Position numbers and translations under genes: made by a program | DNA from: Cycas panzhihuaensis | Taxonomy: Eukaryota > Plantae > Cycadophyta | NCBI GenBank assembly: GCA_023213395.1 | Contig: CM041465.1 | Span: forward strand, 194,749,741-194,813,740 | Direction: 5' to 3' | DNA: 64,000 bases | The notes under the pieces: generated by a model | What the model was told of the DNA's origin: nothing | Databases searched by the model: none | What the model saw: only the letters and a program-made list of their open reading frames with translations | Shown here: in pieces, positions 53,301-64,000 of the stretch | Layout: each line of letters starts with the position of its first letter | Position numbering within the stretch: position 1 is the first letter of the stretch

Positions 53301-54921
53301 TTGGATGGGTCAAAATGGAATTAAATGTAAATTCTTCATCGGCACAAGGGCTTTGGGCACAATGGGATTCAGAAGATGGAGAGCCATTTAGTCGAAAGAG
53401 TTTGCCAGAGAGATGTCCAGTAAAAACTACTTGATTAGTTGGAGGGTGAATGACCTAAAGAGTCAGGTCATTTATGATTACACTTAGATCAAATCCATGA
53501 GAGATAAGTGTGGATAAGGAGAGTAGGTTTTGTTTGAGATTAGGTATATATAAGACATCAAGCAATGTAAAATCTTCTAGGCCTAGGAGTTTCAGGTGAA
53601 TATTACCAATTCCTTCAACAAGTTGTTGTGATTTATGAGCCATGTGAACAACTCCTTGAATATTTGAGTCAAATGTCTGATATAGACAACGATTGCACGT
53701 CATATGTTGAGTTGCTCCTGTATCCATGATCCACTGTCCATCAATTAAAGCCACACTATTGGTAATTCCAATAGGGCTTGGCATTGGTGAAGGGAATTCA
53801 CAAGTGATATATCCACATCGAGCTTCAAAGTATCTCTTTAGTTAGTCAATGGCATTTGATGCTGAAGATCCCTTAATTCGTTGAACATGTGCTTGTACGA
53901 AACCTGCACCACTAAAGGATTCTTCAACATTGTGAGCTCCATGTTTTGGTTAGAACTTGGCCAACTTATAAGTGGTGGTTCTGCAGTCTTTTACTAAGTG
54001 TCCTTTACGATTACACCAATCACACATAATAGTTTGATTACGAGTTCCTAAAGAGGTACTGGTTTGGCCTGACTGTCTTACTTTTTGTTGAGGTAGCCCT
54101 TAGCCTTGAGACTGTTGAGGCCGTAACTCAGGGTTTAATTAACCTTGTAGATGATTTCCCATGTTTCTTCCTCTTTCTCTTGCTTGGTTATTTCCTCTAC
54201 CATGAGAGGGACCTTGATTTTTTGTGTAGTAAACTTCTTCTTCTACCTCAAAGGCTGTATCTGGAAGAGAGTCAGAGGCTACAAAGTTCGTATCAAAGGT
54301 CTTGTCAAATTCTATAAACTTATCAACAAGTGCTTCAAAGTTGAGTGTTTTCAATGTTCCACTAGATTGAAGACTTCCAAGCAAGTTTTTATAATTAATA
54401 ACATGTAGACATAACTGAATCAAGAATGCCCAAGTGATATATTGGGTCTTAAAATCTTTATCAATTGCCTGTTTAATTAGTCAAAGGAGATTTATTGTCT
54501 CATGAGCTCATCCATTCTACATTTTTAATTTATTTATTTTCAGAACAAGATAAACAAATTCTAAATATGATTTGGTATCAAAGTTCTTCTTGAGAACTTC
54601 AAGGACCTTCCAGGCTGTATCATGTTGCTCTTCATTAATCAAGTTATGCAAGGAGTGATAAGTAACTAACAGAATTCCTGCATGAATCTTTTCACCATCT
54701 ATATCCCATTGTAGTTTGGCTGTAGCATCTATAGGAGCTATTGGGGTGGATCCACTAGAAGTAGATGTTGTAGTTGTTGCTGGTATGCTGGATGTAGGCT
54801 GCAAGTGGGTTCTCCAAAGGTCTTTATACTTTGCAACATTTTTAACTCCAGTGTATCATAGATCCTAATTTTCTTTTTTTTTCAATATGCAATTAACATT
54901 CTGCTTGAATTTAGATGACAT
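50393..54921 (-). pseudogene. Copia B gag-pol, disrupted
   Basis: MSSKFKQNVNCIL start; WIMDTGATQHM; LWHACMGH..CEACI; INT and RT remnants; RNase H YIDSDFARDKDTRRSTSGY..AEYIAA..DQVVDIFTKPL. Paralogous to Copia A along its length. Confidence 0.95.
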
Positions 54922-55124
54922 GGTGATGATGAAGAAGTAGAAGAGAAGATAGAAGTATGTGCCACTGACACATATGGCTAATACACCTAACGCAATAGGG
55001 ATGTAGAAATAAATGCTTATGATGAGAAGCAAATAATGATTAAGTAATTTTCAACAATTATAAAAAATAAGTATAAGCAATGATGCAAGAATGAGGCCTA
55101 ATGTAGAGCTAGTAAAGAGTGGTT

Positions 55125-55565
55125 ATGTGTCATGCCACTAACCTCTCACTTATGTCTAAATGTAGGTGAGGTTTCAATGCCTAAGGCTTCTAGTATACGA
55201 TTAAGGCCTTCACTCGTGATACTCGTACCTGTGCTTGGTGATGAAATCCAAGTCACAATGGAGCTCGGGTACTCGCAGTCCTCACCCAGTTCACCAGTGA
55301 GCACCTATATACCTCCTCTAAAGAGTCAAACAATACTGTGTATCCCATGGCTATGATGGATATTGGACCGAGTTAATTTTAATCTTACATTAAGTTTTTT
55401 AGTTTTCTTAGGTGGTTATCAGGATTATCCCTGATTGGAGGCCATAGGTATGGCTAACCTGTCACTCCATCACTATTCTGGTTAAGACCAGACCCAGTAT
55501 GAAACTCACACCTCCCTTAGAGCCTAGACTTCAACTAACCTTGGTCTATTTCAACCAAGGCGAGT
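55125..55565 (-). promoter_or_regulatory. Conserved structured-RNA candidate in the Copia B 5' leader
   Basis: Reverse complement aligns with 28113-28545, with the same hairpins. Confidence 0.6.
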
Positions 55566-58500
55566 ATGCGCACAAGTCAAGAACTAGCGGTATAGATCAT
55601 ATGAATGAGATTCCTTTTAGGAATAGTGTAAGATATTTCCGTATAACTGAAAACTGAAATGGAAAGTTTCCAAATGTGCTTGCTTACTTTTTATGCTTTC
55701 TTTGTTGTTGCTGCTACTTTATGCTATGTATGCAAATAGAAAAAACATGCTAGATTTAGCAGGAGAACTAGACATTGCTTTTGATCTAAGGTTTCCCTTG
55801 CTTTAGTACAATGTTTCCAAATATGTTTTTGGAAGTTTTGATACAAAAGCCATAATGGGCTAAAAAGTAGATCAACTTGTCACTAAAATGCTAATTTTTA
55901 AAAATCTATATGCATGCTATTTTGCCCTATTTTATGATTTTTTCACAAAATTTACAAATAATGATAAATTGACATAATTTTTAAAAATTACAAATATGAA
56001 GGCCTAAATGATGAAATATAAATTTATGACAGAAGGAAAAAGTGTTAAAAATATCATTTCTAATAAAGTTGTGAAGTTAGATTTCTAAAAAGGCAAAATA
56101 ATTTTTTTGCCCAGAAAAGCACAAAAGTAAAATCCTGCCATATCCACTGTCTCAGAATCTAAACTTCAATATGTCAAAAGTTATATTTTGACACGTACAT
56201 TAAATTTTCCTTCTGCACCATCTCCAAAATATACCAAAAAGTTACTCGAAATGCCCTTACAATGTCCTTTGTGGGGTTAAGTAGGTAAAATCAACAACTG
56301 TGAGAAAACTGCATAGATCTCACTAACTAGTGGATGAAATTTGATGAGATTTATCTTAAAACAATATTAAGACATAAATCTACTAGATCCCTTAATAAAA
56401 ATTTCAGATTTTTAGCTAATAATTAAAGGATTTCCTTGGGAAAAGTGTCTTAAATCACTTATCCACAAATTTTACCCTTTTATCACAGCTAAAACTCACT
56501 ATTGTAGGCTAAAGCTAAAGTTTCTCCAGAAGACAAAAATGATCCTCTAGTCAAGGTGACCTTTCGTGCTAAATTTCATCAAATTATGAGATGGTCAAAT
56601 TTTTAATGAAATTATAGGCCTTTAATGCTTCTGGGACTGTTCCGGCAGCTGAACGGCTTCAAAAATCTGCATTCTTCACCCCTGAATTTCTGCACACATA
56701 TAAAAAGTAGTAACATACAAAGTACTATAATTTTAAACTCTCAAAATGTTAAAAGATGATGAATGCACTCTCAATACTTCACATTAAAGGTGAAGGAGAG
56801 ACAAAATGATTCCATGCAAGTGGAATGGAGTGAATAAATCTCATTCTAGCTCTGATACCACATGAAGGAAGGATGGATCTAGGGAATAAATCACTCACAT
56901 GCACATAATATCAATGGAGAATGAGAAAGATATGAGAGCAAGCTTGGAGGTGAGAATGAATAAATACTTCCTCCTTGAGATTTTGCCTTTTATTATTGAG
57001 GGTGAGCATTAGGGTTAGGATTTTCTTGCCTAATGACATAAACCCAAAATTACATCTAAATGCACATAAAGTGTATTTCATTAAGAGACTAATGCTAACA
57101 ATATATTCTAAAGTCATATAATTAATCTACACAAATGACCTTGATATATTAACCTCTTTCAAAGGTAGTAGTAAACATGTCATAAAATAAATTATCATTC
57201 AAAGGGGCTTGGGAGGCATGGATAAGATCTTAAAAACATTGAACGAAGTCTTGTGAAGACTTCTTAGATCCTTATTTGATGGATAACATAGATTTAATCC
57301 CTATATTAAAGGGATTTGCAACATTGAAGTAACTAATAAAGGTATCTACTAATTATTGGAAGGAATAAATAGATGCAGGCTTTAGTTAATAGAACCATTT
57401 CAAAGCATTACCTTAAAGTGTCTTTGGGAAAGTTACATCATAACATAGTCATATGGTAGATAGTCAATGCAATTAAGTGCAAAGGCTTGGATATGAGCCG
57501 TAGGATCTTAAGAGGATTCACCTATGAATTTTGGCAATTTAGGAATGAAAGGAGGAAGTGGAGAAAGAAGGATCTCTTGTGGAAAGGGACTCCTTATATA
57601 ATCTAAATATAATCTCTTAGCTCTAAACAACGAGGAAGGTTGAGGTATTACTTATGTTAGTTCAAGGTGTCTTGTTTCTTAGGGATAAGAGGGGTAAGTT
57701 AAGTAAGAAGGATGAGGCTAAGGTGCCATGAATATGGAATAAGATAAAGTAAATGTATGGGGTAAGGTTCTTCTTGGGGCATGAAACTTGCTTGTTGATA
57801 AGGTGCTTGATGAGAGCATGACACATAGTCAACATGTTTGCTAGAGTGATCTTGTGGATTAGGTACAAAATAGGTTCTATAATTAGTAATAGGAGCTTGC
57901 AAAGGATATGGAGGGAATGATTAAGGAATTGGTTGATATATTCTTAATGTATTAGAAGGTTGTCAAGAGGGATAAGGGAATATTATTGAGATATAGGTAA
58001 TCTAATGTCAAAGGGGTATGGTTGAGTGCCTTGGATAAAAGGATTACCTTACAAAGAGAGATTTTTTCCCTAAGGAGGAGGGATAATCCTAGCTAGTGGA
58101 GGCATGCCATATTATTGTGAAGTTCCCTAAACAAGTGGAATGAATGGAGCTAGAGGGCCTATTTGAAAGGTCTCCAAGGAAGGGGCAGGTTACCAAGCTA
58201 TGGTGGGTGGAACATGAGGGCCTTAAGTAAGACCACTAGGGTTTATGGCTGATAAAGAGGGTTGAGAAGCTAGCACATGGTCTCCCCTCTCTTGGGCAAT
58301 GATGTATGAGCTAGCATGGATAAGGGCAATAAGACCTAAGGCTCGTTCAAAGGGATGTGCCATAGTAAGAGGGGGATATGTTGGGGATGCTTCAAATCCC
58401 TTATTTTGGGATAAAGGTCTCTCATGTTCTATAAGAGGGGTGAAATATAGGGAGGCATTTCTAAATGGGTGAAGTGATTTTTTGATAGGGACTTCATACA

Positions 58501-58834
58501 TGAGGGGTTCTTCTTTATATTCAAAAAGATTATTAATATATGGGGTCTTGACATAAGTGTAAGGGCTTCTAATAGAAGTGTCATAACCTTCATGAAGTGG
58601 AAGGTTAGGAGGAAGAGAGGATATTGATGGATCTTCAGATGAAAGACCAAGAAGTCTTTAGGACCGTCTATGATAAGTGTATGAAGGATCCATGGATGAT
58701 ATGAGTAAGACGTAAAAAATATGGAAAAAGAGGACTAAAGGATATTCTTAAAATAAAGGCTAAGGTCTAAAAGATATCAAGATATAGGAGTATCTAGGAA
58801 GTTTTGGCAACTTCCTCAGTATGGTCACTTAGAA

Positions 58835-59963
58835 TGATTCTTGGGATTAGACCTAATCAATTAAGTTAATTCAAGGCGAGGGTTTAAGTGATCAAATTCA
58901 ATAGGAATCTTCAATCCTTCTTCTGATAAGAAGGAATGTTTCTCTAGGAGTATTTTAGGTGATTATTGCAATGGTGTTTTAATTGATTAATCTTTATATT
59001 AAACAAAGAGAACTTAAAAGCGAATTAAAGAAATAAAAAAAGAAAAATCCTAGGATAAGCCAAAATCATAATTAATTAAGATAATAGAACCCCCTTTTTA
59101 TCGGGGAGAAAAACAAACAATCTCTTGATAAATAAAATAATTGTTAAGGAAAAATTATTCCTTAAAAAAATGCCTTAAAGTTCCTTATTTTTCTACACTT
59201 TCTAAGGTTTACTTAAGAGGGGGAATCCTATCCTAGAACATTAGTCCACCCATAAGGAAGAATTCTATGTCATTTTAAGCTAGAGAAAGGGAGGACTCAT
59301 GAGTGCAAGGATCTATGAGATCTTAGACCCTACGTTAGTGACACTATCAGGGGTTAGTTATTAAGGAGTCTCTTACTCAATGATAATCCATCCATGAGGA
59401 TGGATGACCCATAGATGCTCACATCTGATTTTGAGGGATTCTCACACTTAGAGAGGTATAATAGAGAAAGAAGAAGCTACTCTTAACCTAAAATATGATG
59501 AGAAGCCATCAATTTTGGTGTTCAAAATATGACTAGAGTATAATGTCTCTCAAAGGAGGGAGAGTTTATATGTTGGCGATGTAGTGGCTTGATTAATTAA
59601 ATAATCCTCCATAATAAGATGCATTTGATCTTCAAAGAAGGACAAGGTTGATATACCAGGGATATCACATCCTGTTCAATCAAACAAGTCCTAACTAATA
59701 AGAATAGGACTTAGCTTAAGGGGACCACACAATAAGCATTATAAGATGTAAAACTAGTGTGCAATTTTATGATTATATAAAAACAAATAATCAATAGAAA
59801 GTTTAAGGCAATACTATGTAATACAAATGTACTTCTACCTTTTTGTTCTCTTCTTTTAAGAAAAATCAAATACACTTTGAAAAATATAAGAGTTCTTTTA
59901 CTGCACTTATACATATCCTAGCTAATCTTTCCTTTACTTTGACATAAAAAAAAAACTTGAAAT

Positions 59964-60038
<75 letters not shown>

Positions 60039-61618
60039 ATTAAGAATAAAAAACTAAGCAATGAGTGGAAGAAAACTAACCGGAGAGAAAGAACCTTTTA
60101 GGTAATGAGTTGATTCTAAGCTTAAAGAAATAGAAAAGAGAATATTTTTGCTACTATAATGATTAGAGATCTAACAAACAGACTAAAAATCCTTCCAAGC
60201 ATTCAAATGTCTCAATAAGTAGGTTAGAGAAAACAAATATCTATTCTAAGTTCCTTTTTTATCTATATATAGAAAGAGCTCAAAAGAAGAAATTCATAAC
60301 AAACAGGCTTACCTGACACTTGAAGAGGAGTGTAAATATGAATATTTCCTCACATCGCTATCTTTGGCTTTTCAACTACTCCCAAGCTTATCATGTGTAT
60401 TGGTTGAAGATGAGAAGGGAACAAAGAAGAAGAGGAGAAAAATGAAGTTAGGGGCAAAGAGGGAATATAGTGAGAAAGAAAAATGATTTGAGAAGAAAAA
60501 GGGGATAGTAAAGAAGAAATCAATCTTGGTCTAAATCTCAAAGCACTTTGGAAGAGAAAATTTCTTTCAAACTCCATAAATTACTAAACAATATTTGACT
60601 AAAGAAAAGGGCTTCCATTGTTTCAGAATTCTTCAAAACTTGACCTAGTTTCTAAAGCTCTCTTAACCTACAAAGCTAATTACAACTTCCAAAGTCTTTC
60701 CAAACCTCTTCAAGTCTCACAAAGTCTCTCTAAATCTAAATCTTAAAAAGCCACTCAATCTAGATCTCTAAGAGCTATCTCATCTCTTTTTATAAGTCTC
60801 TTCAATGTTTAACTCTAGAAGTCTTAATCTATAAAGCTCTAATCCTCAATCCTATCTCAATTTTCTTAAGTATTTAAGTTCTTGTGAGTTGTTTAACACT
60901 ATGGGGTGGTGGTCTATTTATAGAGGGAAATTATGAGAAAATAAGAGGCAAAATCAGGGGGGAGGACAAGTTGTGGTCACCTATAGGATAAAATGCCTAC
61001 AACGAAAACCATGGCTTGCTATTGTATTTTTTTTTTAATGGGCAAAAAGATGAAAACCATGATCGACAATGAAAAATGCAACCAATAAATGAAAAATGTA
61101 GAAAAAAGAAGACTATAAATATGATCAAATGCGAGGTCATATTTTACTAAGAAGGCCATAGTTTTGGGCTAAGATGAAAATTACAATCACGATTTTGGTT
61201 ATGACGAAAGCTATGATCAACAAAAATAATAAAAAAAGAAGATTTTTTAAATAAAATTTCAAAAATTTCAAGGAGAAAAGTCATCAAAGGGTAATAATTT
61301 AGTTCAACAAGGGGTTAATTGAGTCATCAAAGCAACTTGGAGGGAAAATATGTTATTAAGTCATCAACCAAATAAGCAAGATGAAATGGTTGGGAGCACA
61401 TGGATTAAGCCTTGATTTAATAGACACTTTTATGATCTTTGTATCATTAGTAGCATAAGTCAAGAAGAGGAACAATCAACATGAATTCAATTAGTCATGA
61501 TGCTAGTAGTCATAAGATTACCATACAATCAAATAGTCAAACCCCAACAACAAATAGAAAGGCAAGAAACCTAGCCAATGTTAAGAGGAGGGGATAGTTG
61601 ATTAAAAGAACTACATCA
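58835..61618 (-). repeat. 5' LTR of element D (~2.8 kb)
   Basis: Left end TGATTC abuts the PBS-like sequence and coincides with the start of similarity to the copy at 18160. The right end is inferred from the terminal inverted match TGAT..ATCA (..CTACATCA at 61618) and is less certain. Confidence 0.72.
59968..60036. repeat. Long (TA)n microsatellite
   Basis: Read directly; homologous position to the 25352-25388 microsatellite. Confidence 0.97.
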
Positions 61619-62549
61619 AGGATTATTGCAATGATAACCTATTCATTGTGAAGAATAAAAAGAGATAACAATGGAGTATATAATAAATTTATCTAAAGTT
61701 AAATGAAATAATGGATTTCTTTTGTAATTAATCATCTTATTAACTATGTTTATTTTTATTCTATATAAATCAGTTACAAGGCTCACTAAGGTGTTTTAGT
61801 ATTTATGAAGGAAAACACTAACTTAATAGATTTCTATTATTATCATGGTAAAAATTTCATAACCAATTTTATGTAAGAGTTATTTTAGAAGGTTGAAAAA
61901 AATCTATACATACACACAAGTTGCTACTCCAAAGTGAATAGGAAGATAAAAGTGGTCAACAAATGCCTTAAAAGACATTTATAAAGCTTTATAGGAGATA
62001 ATCAATGGAGTTAGCACAAGTGGTTTCCTTTGATAGAAGTTTGGTATAGTTCCAAATATTATATATTCATGAAAATGAATCTATTTCAAGCCTTATATAG
62101 GATATGAGCCATCTATAATAAAAGATTGAGTATTTAACTAATATTTCTATATAGTTATTTTAAACTAATGTTTCCATATAGTTATCGTTAACATCCTATA
62201 GAGGTAATTATCTAATCTATAATTACACTTCGTAAAAGTATAATAAATTAACTAAGTAGGCACTTAAATGAAAAAAATTCCTTTTATAACTATAACTCTC
62301 TTAAATTATCCTCCTATCCATAATGAGGAAATCTAGATATTAGTTATATAATATTTAATATTTTTTAACCTATTTTTAGTGGTAAATTTTTATAATTAAT
62401 TTACTTAAACCTAAGAATTAATTCTCTTCTAATTTTTAATTCTTTTATGGTTTCACATTTGCAAATATTATTCCATAATATCCTCCTTAATTTGATTGTA
62501 AATGCATTAATATATGGGTTTAGAGTACTCATGCAATCACATTAAAACT

Positions 62550-63850
62550 CTTTCAAAATTTGTAAGTCTTTCCTCTTCATTTTAAGAGGTTATTGAAAGC
62601 TTCTTAGTTTTAAATATGTGAATTTTATCTTGAAAGAACTTCTTCTTCATGATTCAAGTTCAAATCTTATCTAGTAGTTTCTTTTTATTGCTCACTATGA
62701 TGCCTATAACCTCTTATGAGTTTGTTGCATCTCATGTAACCTTGAGTAATCTTTATAACCACCTAATGAGTCTTTATGGCTATCCAAACATAGTCATAAT
62801 TTTCCTTAGGTTATTGTCATTTACATCATTAAATAAATCATCTATGTTATACACACTATTCCATCACTTATTTGACATTATCTTTCTCTAAATATGAGAT
62901 GGTCATGACAATGATCAAACCCTAATGACCTCTAGTCCATCCTCAAGTTTCTTATAAAGTTTGGAACTTGATCAATATCCATATATATTGTTTAACATGT
63001 TTGTACCTTTTGGTAATCTCTCTAAAAGCTTGGCCTTTGATTTCTCTAATGCTTTCTAATATTTAAACATTGCATTAGTTTAATTATGATACTTTTCCAA
63101 GGTCTTTATAACCTTATTAAAAAGTATGACCCCTTGTCTTAGCCTAATAACTTATGATCGTTGTCACCCGTCCTCTTAATAATATTGACTTCTAAATGGA
63201 GAGTTTTTAAAGACATATAACTAAGTTGTCTTACTATTCCTATACCTTCTAGTAGTGTTTACTTAGTTACATACTATCTATCTATTGATTTCTACCTTCA
63301 CACTATGAAAGTACACTTGTCAAGGTGGTCACTATCTCGTAGTCTAGTTAGGGTTTGGTGAACATAGTCATGTCATCACTCTCCATATAGATATTATAAC
63401 ATCAAGTCATCATCATGTATCATTGCCATGCCATTATATCAATCAATATATTAATATAAATTCATAACTCAATAATCATAATACACAAGATACATAGTAT
63501 TTCCACTTAATTTGTTGATTCATTAAGCAATATCATTGTCAATGTTTGTACATCACTAGAAAGGAATATTTTATATGCATTCCATAAAAAACCATAACAT
63601 CCAATACAATAACTAGGCTTTCACACTAGAATAGTGGGAATAATTCTAATAAATACCCATTTACATATCCTTTGGGGGAATGGTTGTGACTCATGGTCAC
63701 AACCATTCTATTTCAAAACAAAATGCATTTTCACTATGATTACATTACACACTATTAACTACCCTTTATTTCATTCATATGACCATATGAATATGTGTTT
63801 CGTGAAGACACCAACATCTATAGAAAGTATGGCTCTAATTTAAGTGTATG
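62550..63850 (-). mobile_element. Very degraded Copia-like pol remnants
   Basis: Only faint resemblance to protease and RT-start segments; no clean motif survives. Confidence 0.3.
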
Positions 63851-64000
63851 TTTCTTACGTTCTTCACTATGCATTCCACATATGTTCTTAACTATGTTAC
63901 ATTTTGTTCAGAAATCTACCCTATCATGTGTTCCCTAAGAGCTCATTTCCATCTTTTTTTGCTATCTTTCATCATGTGTTCCCTTTTCAACATTCTTAGT

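Larger units (their letters stand above)
49593..57161 (-). mobile_element. Ty1/copia element B, full length, inserted in the gag of element D
   Basis: 3' LTR 49593-49903 and 5' LTR 56863-57161 (~32 substitutions plus one 12-bp indel by eye, roughly 10%). Perfect PBS TGGTATCAGAGC 56849-56860; PPT AAGGGGGGAT 49904-49913; perfect TSD AAGGT (49588-92 / 57162-66). Excision restores host MFTTTLRPQVHLKIL in frame. Confidence 0.97.
33100..61618 (-). mobile_element. Element D: non-chromovirus (Tat/Athila-like, OTA) Ty3/gypsy carrying nested Copia B and C
   Basis: 5' LTR 58835-61618; degenerate PBS-like AAGTGACCATACTGAGGAA (58812-58830). Gag 57167-57550 and 49100-49592 (LPKFIG..DPTAHI..GNALKWFY; C.YH...H); PR ~48200-48560 (VNEGSSINIIP; FNMLLGQP); RT ~46790-47400 (SLMDGFSGYN; VMPFSLKN); RH 36250-36700 (ELNYSLSKKECLALVY); INT 34845-35950 ending KWVGPFLV..NGAYHL..NSQFLRKYYA*. 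The left boundary is uncertain. Confidence 0.88.

Noticed and set aside
63678-63708. 13-bp perfect hairpin GAATGGTTGTGAC-tcatg-GTCACAACCATTC
   Set aside because: A single short stem in decayed TE sequence with no second copy or supporting context.

Overview
AT-rich, CpG-depleted eukaryotic DNA, almost certainly from a large plant genome (gymnosperm-like is my inference only). No intact protein-coding gene is present. The window is a stack of decayed, nested retroelements. From left to right: a chromovirus Ty3/gypsy pol (1-3.3 kb), a TMK-like LRR-RLK pseudogene fragment (~4.0-4.6 kb), a Copia pol fragment, a 1.28-kb tandem duplication, and an old gypsy split by a small deleted LTR element. The rest is dominated by a large minus-strand non-chromovirus (Tat/Athila-like) gypsy, element D, whose 5' LTR lies at 58835-61618. 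Element D carries two full-length Copia elements with LTRs, PBS, PPT and TSDs (B at 49593-57161; C at 36859-46783, itself split by a younger 2.55-kb solo LTR). A partial second copy of the D LTR (18160-26169) is split by an RNase H-bearing L1 LINE, and a 3'-truncated relative of Copia B (element A) lies at 26610-33095. The most interesting signal is a ~430-nt conserved, hairpin-rich block inside the ~2-kb 5' leaders of Copia A and B. It shows a compensatory base-pair swap, and three of its motifs recur in the same order in the different Copia C family, making it a candidate structured cis-acting RNA (IRES or packaging element). A perfect 162-bp palindrome at 33719-33880 is also notable. All identities and alignments were done by eye.
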